Positions 58,356 through 64,000 of a DNA stretch of 64,000 nt are shown here, piece after piece (position 1 is the first letter of the stretch; the number at the start of each line of letters is the position of its first letter). A model generated the notes under the pieces. It worked only from the letters and a program-made list of their open reading frames with translations. It ran no database searches and was not told the origin of the DNA. The stretch comes from Candidatus Latescibacterota bacterium (GTDB lineage Bacteria > Latescibacterota > UBA2968 > GCA-2709665). A program made the translations under genes and the position numbers. The DNA lies in assembly GCA_965208835.1 (NCBI GenBank), contig OZ242358.1, positions 544,001 to 608,000 on the forward strand. Direction: 5' to 3'.

Positions 58356-59492
58356 TCAAGAAGTAAGTTCCAAACCAAGAATCCTTGCCGTGGTTCCCCC
58401 CATGATCATCCTCTGGTCGTCCGCGCTCAAGAATGCGCAGTATTTCTCAATCCACCGCCTCGACTGCCTGTACGTACAGAACCGGTTCTGAAACGGCATA
58501 TCCGTTCCCCAGTTCAGGTGTTCCGCGCCCACATTGGCGACCATGGCTTCCATCACCGGCCACACCTCACGGTACGGAAAGTCGAACCAGTCTCCGATTC
58601 GGACGGGGAAGCAGACCTCCAGATTGCAGTTCGGGTTCTCGAACGGCAGCCAGATCTCCCCCGGCATCGGCAGGAACTTTCCGTCCGAAACGAATGCGCG
58701 CCAGGGGAAACCGTGCGTCAGATTCACGACGACATCAGGATAGCGTTCCATCCAGCGGACCAGGACCTTCTGTTCGTCCAGGTAGCCCTGACGTGCCCCT
58801 TCGGGCGTCATCCGCCGCCTCACGTCGCCCGGTCCGGATCCCAGCGTAAAGAAAACCGGCACGCCCAGCGACGTCGCCGCATCCCAGAACGGCCGGCAGG
58901 ATGCCGCGTCCCACGGCTCGGTGGCGCCGAGGTACGCCGGCCGCGCGTTGAACTTGATCGCGTGGAGCCCGTGTACCCGTATCGCTGTGTCGAGTTCCTC
59001 GATCACCGCATCCGTCTCGGTACGGATGCGCCACTCGTCAACAGGGGCCATGGACCGGAGCCGGTCCGGGTACTGACGCACGCACTCGGCCAGGAATTCG
59101 CTGTTGCGGGTCAACATCGGGTTCGTGTGGATGAGCGCCATGTCGACGTACGCGTAGTCCATTTCCGCGATCAGGCTGTGCGGCGTAAATTCCAGGTTCC
59201 GCAGGTTCGGTGGATAAAATTGCTTGGTATAGTCCTCCCCGTCGATCGTCCAGACCACCCGCCCCTTCTCTTTGTCCACGCGGAAGTTCGCGTCGGGCAG
59301 GTCGCTCCAGGACTCGTAATCCGTGGGGATCAACCCGTCCGACGTCGCCGGCGCCCGGTCCCGCACGCGCCAGGCCGGCTGGTGGTGGAGGCCCTGGGCC
59401 TCCTGGACCCACTTCAGGTGTTCCTCGCTGTTTTCGAACCCGGCCGGATCGTCACCCGGCTCGAAGCAATAGGCGTGGGAGTCGAAGATCAT
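58356..59492 (-). CDS. Amidohydrolase_2-family protein
   Basis: MIFDSHAY, THG, WGTDMPF, IMGGTTARIL. Confidence 0.82.
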   Translation of the reverse strand: MIFDSHAYCFEPGDDPAGFENSEEHLKWVQEAQGLHHQPAWRVRDRAPATSDGLIPTDYESWSDLPDANFRVDKEKGRVVWTIDGEDYTKQFYPPNLRNLEFTPHSLIAEMDYAYVDMALIHTNPMLTRNSEFLAECVRQYPDRLRSMAPVDEWRIRTETDAVIEELDTAIRVHGLHAIKFNARPAYLGATEPWDAASCRPFWDAATSLGVPVFFTLGSGPGDVRRRMTPEGARQGYLDEQKVLVRWMERYPDVVVNLTHGFPWRAFVSDGKFLPMPGEIWLPFENPNCNLEVCFPVRIGDWFDFPYREVWPVMEAMVANVGAEHLNWGTDMPFQNRFCTYRQSRRWIEKYCAFLSADDQRMIMGGTTARILGLELTS

Positions 59493-59509
59493 CGAATGAA
59501 ACCCTCGTG

Positions 59510-60310
59510 TTATGCTGCGACCTGTTCGGGCATCAATGCGTCCTCTCCGAAGATCATTGAGAAGGACGATTTGCGACTGGACCGGGTCCGCGCGTCGATA
59601 TAGCAGACGCTGAATGCCCGCCTGGGAATATCGACCCGGTTCAGACCCGAGCGGTGCAGGAGCCAGTTGTGCAGTATCACAACCTCGCCCGGCTCCATCG
59701 TCAGGTCCACGATCCTGTCTTCGGGACAGAATTCCCGCTCCTGCTCGTCGGTAATGGTGTGTCCCTTCTCGCTCAGAATCCCCAGTTGATGCGACCCCGG
59801 CACCACCTGCACGCATCCGTTTTCAGTTGTGGCCGGGTCCAGCGCCGTCCAGACCGTGACCAGCGGGTCCCGGTCCACGTACCACGAACTCCCGCCGTCC
59901 TGGTGCCAGGGCAGGTCGGAGCCCTGTTGTGCCGGTTTGTTCATGAACATCGCCCTGAAACAGGCCACAGACGCGTGTGCGCCGTAGATGTACCCGCAGA
60001 TTTCCCTGAAAACCGGCTTCTTCATATACGCCAGAAACAATGCATCGAACTCCAGTCCCTGAATCTTCCGATACCCCAGACTGGCGCCCTGATGGCCGAT
60101 TCCGCCGCCCTTCACCTGGTCATACCGATCGGTGTTCGAATCCAGCTGCATCGTCAGCCGTCCATAGTCCAGTGGCGCCCGGCCCAGCATGACTTCGTCG
60201 ATACGCTGCTGCAAATTCGCGAGTTCCTCCCGGCCGGACTGTCTCCCGATTTTCAGGAAACCGTCCCGGTGGTAATCGCTCCACTGGTCCTGTGAAATGA
60301 TCCGTTGCAT
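59510..60310 (-). CDS. Phytanoyl-CoA dioxygenase (PhyH)-family Fe(II)/2OG dioxygenase
   Basis: PWHQD, WTALDPAT.ENGC..V.PGSH, LHRSG.N. Confidence 0.9.
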   Translation of the reverse strand: MQRIISQDQWSDYHRDGFLKIGRQSGREELANLQQRIDEVMLGRAPLDYGRLTMQLDSNTDRYDQVKGGGIGHQGASLGYRKIQGLEFDALFLAYMKKPVFREICGYIYGAHASVACFRAMFMNKPAQQGSDLPWHQDGGSSWYVDRDPLVTVWTALDPATTENGCVQVVPGSHQLGILSEKGHTITDEQEREFCPEDRIVDLTMEPGEVVILHNWLLHRSGLNRVDIPRRAFSVCYIDARTRSSRKSSFSMIFGEDALMPEQVAA

Positions 60311-60381
60311 GAGGTATTCCCCCGGTAGAGATTGAAAAAATGCGCGGTTACCCTCGGTTGATTCCGCGTGAGTTCCTGACG

Positions 60382-61956
60382 TCACGACACGGTTGCCAGG
60401 CGGTCCCGTACGACCTGCTTCTGAATCTTGCCGACCGATGTCCTGGGCAACGCATCCACGAACTCGATCGTGTCCGGGACCTTGAACGCCGCGAGCCGCC
60501 GGGCGCAATAAGCCCGTATTCCTTCCTCGTTCAGATCCGCGCCCGGTACAGGCACAACCGCCGCGACGACCCGTTCGTCCCGAATCTCATCGGGCACGCC
60601 CACCACGCAGACATCCGCGACGCCTTCGCATTCCTGGATCACGCCCTCTACTTCGATACTGGAGATATTTTCTCCCGCCCGCCTGATCAGGTCCTTGCCG
60701 CGGTCCATAAAATACAGAAATCCGTCTCCATCCGCCCGTACCGTATCCCCGGAATACAGCCAGGTCCCGTCCGAATGGCTTCGCAGGGTTTCGGCCGTTG
60801 CGGCGGGGTTCTTAAGGTACCCCAGCATGATCGTCCGTCCCGGGATCCCCTTCACGATCACCTCGCCAGGCGTGCCCGCACCCACCTCCTGATCCTGTTC
60901 GTCAACCACCTTCACTTCGTATCCCGGCACCGGTTTTCCCATTGCCTCAAGGTTGCGTTCGCCCGTCAACGGACTCATCACGGGGAGCCCGCACGTCTCC
61001 GTCATTCCCCATAGCTGCTGCAGCGGCGCCCTGAACCGTCGATGCCAGGTCGCATACTGCGCAGCGGTCAGATTCTGGGCGAACGTGATGTTGCGGATCC
61101 CGTGCGCCGCGTCGGTGTTTCGCTCCGGCTGGTTCAGCAGCATCCGCAGCAATGCACCGAACACGGCGGCCATGGTGCAACCGTATTCAACGGCCTGCTC
61201 GAAGAACCGGCTCGCGCTGAAACGGGCCATCACCGCCACACTCGCACCGGTTACCACGGACGGCCACAACGCGTGGCATTGCGCCCCGGCGTGAAAGAGC
61301 GGGAGCGTCACCAGGTGCCGGTCGTCACGTCGCAGGCCGGAACCCGCGGCGAACACTTCAGCGCCGTAGACGAAACATGCATCGGTCAGCATCACGCCCT
61401 TCGGCCGCGAGGTGGTGCCGGACGTATAGAGGAGTTGCACCACACGGTCCGCCCCTCCGTGCCCGTTCGGCGGTTCGGCCTTCTGCCCGGACAGCGCTGC
61501 TTCGTAGACCGGGTATCCGTCTGGCAACGATTCTCCGGTATCGCATACCACCGTGAGGATTTCCGAATCCGCCGCAACCCCGTTTGTCACCTTCAGGCAT
61601 TCCGCTTCCGTAAATATCGCCTTGCTTTCCGAATGGGCGACCAGATACGCCAGTTCGTCCGTTGTAGAGGCCGGATTCGTGGGCATCGCCGTCGCCCCCA
61701 GGTAAGACGAGGCAAGGATCAGCTGTGCGTAGGCCGGATGGTTGGACAGGTGCAGATTGAAGACGTCTCCACGGCGAATTCCCAGTTCCCGCAACAGATT
61801 GGCCGCCTGATGTACGCTCTTCAGGAACGCGGCGTAAGACCACCGGAAGACCTGCCCGTCTCCCCGTTCGTACACCATCCACTCACGGTCCGGATGTTTC
61901 CCGGCGAAACCTGCGAAATCGCGGTAGAGCGTCCGGTCCGGCGCAATTTCGATCAT
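60382..61956 (-). CDS. Acyl-CoA ligase (CaiC crotonobetaine/carnitine-CoA ligase-like)
   Basis: YTSGTTSRPKGV, WGMTET, SGD, GENISSIEVE, PRTSVGK. Start at ATG 61956. Confidence 0.88.
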   Translation of the reverse strand: MIEIAPDRTLYRDFAGFAGKHPDREWMVYERGDGQVFRWSYAAFLKSVHQAANLLRELGIRRGDVFNLHLSNHPAYAQLILASSYLGATAMPTNPASTTDELAYLVAHSESKAIFTEAECLKVTNGVAADSEILTVVCDTGESLPDGYPVYEAALSGQKAEPPNGHGGADRVVQLLYTSGTTSRPKGVMLTDACFVYGAEVFAAGSGLRRDDRHLVTLPLFHAGAQCHALWPSVVTGASVAVMARFSASRFFEQAVEYGCTMAAVFGALLRMLLNQPERNTDAAHGIRNITFAQNLTAAQYATWHRRFRAPLQQLWGMTETCGLPVMSPLTGERNLEAMGKPVPGYEVKVVDEQDQEVGAGTPGEVIVKGIPGRTIMLGYLKNPAATAETLRSHSDGTWLYSGDTVRADGDGFLYFMDRGKDLIRRAGENISSIEVEGVIQECEGVADVCVVGVPDEIRDERVVAAVVPVPGADLNEEGIRAYCARRLAAFKVPDTIEFVDALPRTSVGKIQKQVVRDRLATVS

Positions 61957-62705
61957 CGGTCTTTCTTTCGCGCAATGAACGCCTCCAGGTTCGCGCGGGC
62001 CTCGTCCGTTCCGAAACAGGCCTCGAACGCTTTCGAGGCCGCGGCGTCCCACCTTGCGTCGCGAGCGGATGATATCCGGTTCAGCAGCGCCCGGGTCTCT
62101 CTCAACGCCGCCGGGGGAAACGACGCAAGACGCAGCGCGAATGTCCTGACCCGGTCTTTCAACGCGTCGTCGGCGACACACTCGTGCACCAGGCCGATTG
62201 CCTTCGCTTCGCCGCCGGTCAACGTTTCGCAGCCCATCGCGATCCACCTCGCGGCCGCGCCGCCAACCACGTCGACCAACCGGCCCAATCCCCAGGGCGG
62301 CGTCCATCCCAGTTCCACTTCCGGCATCCCCAGCCGTGCCGACTCCGATGCGATCCGGAAGTCATGGTACACCGCCAGCCCCACCCCGCCGCCAAGGACG
62401 TGGCCGTGCAGCATCGCGACGGTGGGTTGGGGGATGTCGTCGAGTAGCGCGAAGGCATCGGCATGCACCCGTTCCGCCTCCGTGGCGCGCTCCGGTGTCA
62501 ACGGCGCCAGCTCTTTCAGGTCGCTGCCGGCGCAAAACGCCCGGCCCGCGCCACAGGTGACCACAACCCGCACGTCTTCATTGCCGCGAATCCCTTCGAG
62601 GCGGGCGCCGTACGCGCGCACGCTTTCGAGATCCATCGCATTCAACACCTCGGGCCGGTTCAACGTCAGCCAGGCGATTCCGTCTTCAATCGTCAGGTCG
62701 ATCAT
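61953..62705 (-). CDS. Enoyl-CoA hydratase/isomerase
   Basis: LNRPEVLNAM, FCAGSDL, GGG, GMPEVELG. Confidence 0.9.
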   Translation of the reverse strand: MIDLTIEDGIAWLTLNRPEVLNAMDLESVRAYGARLEGIRGNEDVRVVVTCGAGRAFCAGSDLKELAPLTPERATEAERVHADAFALLDDIPQPTVAMLHGHVLGGGVGLAVYHDFRIASESARLGMPEVELGWTPPWGLGRLVDVVGGAAARWIAMGCETLTGGEAKAIGLVHECVADDALKDRVRTFALRLASFPPAALRETRALLNRISSARDARWDAAASKAFEACFGTDEARANLEAFIARKKDR

Positions 62706-62711
62706 TGCAAT

Positions 62712-63206
62712 CTACGCGTGTTTTTTGGGATAGTCGTACGATACCATCATTCCGAGACCGGCCGTTACGCTCATCCAGGAATCAACATCCAGATCCACGC
62801 AATAGACGGCGCAGGTTGGCATATAAACTGTGGAATCCGATGCAAGGTACCCGGCCAGATCCGAGAAGCCCGGATTGTGGCCCACGATGATCACTTCGCC
62901 GCAGGCGTCCGGGATCTTCCGTACGACGGCAATCAGGTCATACAGGCTCGCCTCGTAGATCGTCATTTCCTCGACGATCTTTCCGGCAGGGAAGTCCAAT
63001 GCCTTCGCGATCTCGCGGGCTGTCTTGACGGCACGTTTTGCGGGACTGGAGACGATCATGTCGGGCTTCGCGCCGCCTTTTTTCAATCGCGCGCCCATAA
63101 ACGGCGCGTCCCGCTTGCCGCGCTTGTTCAACGGGCGATCGAAATCGCCGAGCGCCGGATCGCTCCAACTGGACTTCGCGTGTCGAATCACATATAGCCG
63201 CTTCAT
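62712..63206 (-). CDS. sixA: SixA-type phosphohistidine phosphatase
   Basis: RHAKSSW, DFDRPLNKRG, SSPAKRA, VGHNPG. Confidence 0.88.
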   Translation of the reverse strand: MKRLYVIRHAKSSWSDPALGDFDRPLNKRGKRDAPFMGARLKKGGAKPDMIVSSPAKRAVKTAREIAKALDFPAGKIVEEMTIYEASLYDLIAVVRKIPDACGEVIIVGHNPGFSDLAGYLASDSTVYMPTCAVYCVDLDVDSWMSVTAGLGMMVSYDYPKKHA

Positions 63207-63227
63207 ACGCTAACGCCTCCAAAACCA

Positions 63228-63326
63228 GGAGAGAGGAGTGAGGAGTGAGGAGAGAGGAGTGAGGAGTGAGGAGAGAGGAGTGAGGAGTGAGGAGAGAGGA
63301 GTGAGTAGAGAGGAGTGAGGAGTGAG
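63228..63326. repeat. Heptamer tandem repeat (GAGGAGT/GAGGAGA, 21-bp superperiod)
   Basis: Directly visible, about 14 heptamers. Confidence 0.9.
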
Positions 63327-63376
63327 TAACGATAAGGAGCGGATCGGGAAACGCGAATGGAAAGAGGAGTGAGTGG

Positions 63377-63560
63377 CCTTTGCCTCTCCTTCTCTTTTCT
63401 CACTACTCTTCACTCACTCCTCGACAATTGCCTTCTCTCTCTTCTCACTACTCTTCACTCACTCCTCGACAATTGCCTTCTCTCTTTTCTCACTACTCTT
63501 CACTCACTCCTCGACAATTGCCTTCTCTCTTTTCTCACTACTCTTCACTCACTCCTTGAC
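63377..63560. repeat. 45-bp tandem repeat, about 4 copies
   Basis: TCGACAATTG recurs at 63421, 63466 and 63511 (TTGAC at 63556); a degenerate copy also lies at 63935-64000. Confidence 0.9.
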
Positions 63561-63913
63561 TTCTTTCCCCTGTTCCTGCGACGCATCGTCGTTAACATCC
63601 GACTCACTTCGTCCAGCAGCGAGCGTAGTGTCTGGGTTTCCTTCGTTGGGAACCAACCCAGATCTTCGCATAGTGTCAGCAAGGTTTCCGTCTCGGCTAG
63701 GGACCCCTGAGCGATTGCCAGAAAATTCGCTTTGTCCTTCGCAGTCTCCCGCGTCCAACCTTCCGCGATGTTCGCTGGAATCGAGACTACCGAGCGCGTG
63801 ATCTGAGAGCGCATTCCGTATGTCTCTTCCTGAGGTAGCCGTGGCGTCAGACGATACACTTCACGTGCTGCCTTCATCGCCTTCCGCCACAGAATCGTCT
63901 CTCGATAGTGCAT
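63545..63913 (-). CDS. Four-helix-bundle protein (23S rRNA IVS-protein / Avd-like family)
   Basis: WRKAM, LPQEETYGMRSQITRSVVSIPANIAEG, FLAIAQGSLAETETLL; RBS AAGGAG and ATG 63913. Confidence 0.9.
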   Translation of the reverse strand: MHYRETILWRKAMKAAREVYRLTPRLPQEETYGMRSQITRSVVSIPANIAEGWTRETAKDKANFLAIAQGSLAETETLLTLCEDLGWFPTKETQTLRSLLDEVSRMLTTMRRRNRGKKSRSE

Positions 63914-64000
63914 GCTCAACTCCTTCCCCCTCCTGCCTCGACTTTCCCCCTATCTTTTCTCACTTCTCTCCGCTCTCTCCTCGACTATTGCCTTTTCTCT

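Noticed and set aside
62712-63206. SixA as the phosphatase of the hybrid kinase Hpt domain
   Set aside because: It lies more than 9 kb away in a different transcription unit; proximity alone is not evidence.
63377-63560. CRISPR array
   Set aside because: The units are contiguous 45-bp tandem repeats with no unique spacers, and there are no cas genes.
63203-63801. Short repetitive ORFs (SLLTPL / LLDNCLL repeats)
   Set aside because: These are translations of the simple repeats and of the antisense strand of the four-helix-bundle gene.
63545-63913. Diversity-generating retroelement (Avd)
   Set aside because: No reverse transcriptase or TR/VR pair in the window; sequence beyond 64000 cannot be seen.

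Overview
GC-rich bacterial chromosomal segment. The gene content (heparinase II/III-like paralogs, many Gfo/Idh/MocA and aldo-keto reductases, PhyH, DUF1080, ankyrin and ceramidase-like genes) suggests a polysaccharide-degrading lineage such as Latescibacterota/Poribacteria/PVC; this taxonomy is inference only. About 50 CDSs; no rRNA, tRNA or CRISPR array was seen. Main points: (1) a complete 2.76-kb IS1595-family (ISNwi1-type ends) transposon at 9752-12511, with 24-bp IRs and an exact 8-bp target duplication, carrying a C5 DNA methyltransferase and a putative PD-(D/E)XK endonuclease, i.e. a probable self-mobile restriction-modification system; (2) an intact receiver (REC) domain fused to a full-length glutamate dehydrogenase, directly upstream of a PAS/HisKA/2xREC/Hpt hybrid kinase, a candidate phosphorelay-controlled GDH; (3) a ~19-kb run of small co-oriented accessory genes (28.9-48.4 kb) with two intact toxin-antitoxin pairs, two orphan antitoxins whose toxin genes survive only as short scars, a duplicated methyltransferase and other gene remnants, but no attC sites; (4) at least five families of small repeats (two MITE-like families, GTAG-REPs, GTCAT-type palindromes, heptamer/45-bp repeats around a four-helix-bundle gene); (5) an RBS-sequestering leader in front of an ankyrin gene. 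All assignments are by eye from motifs; no database searches were run.
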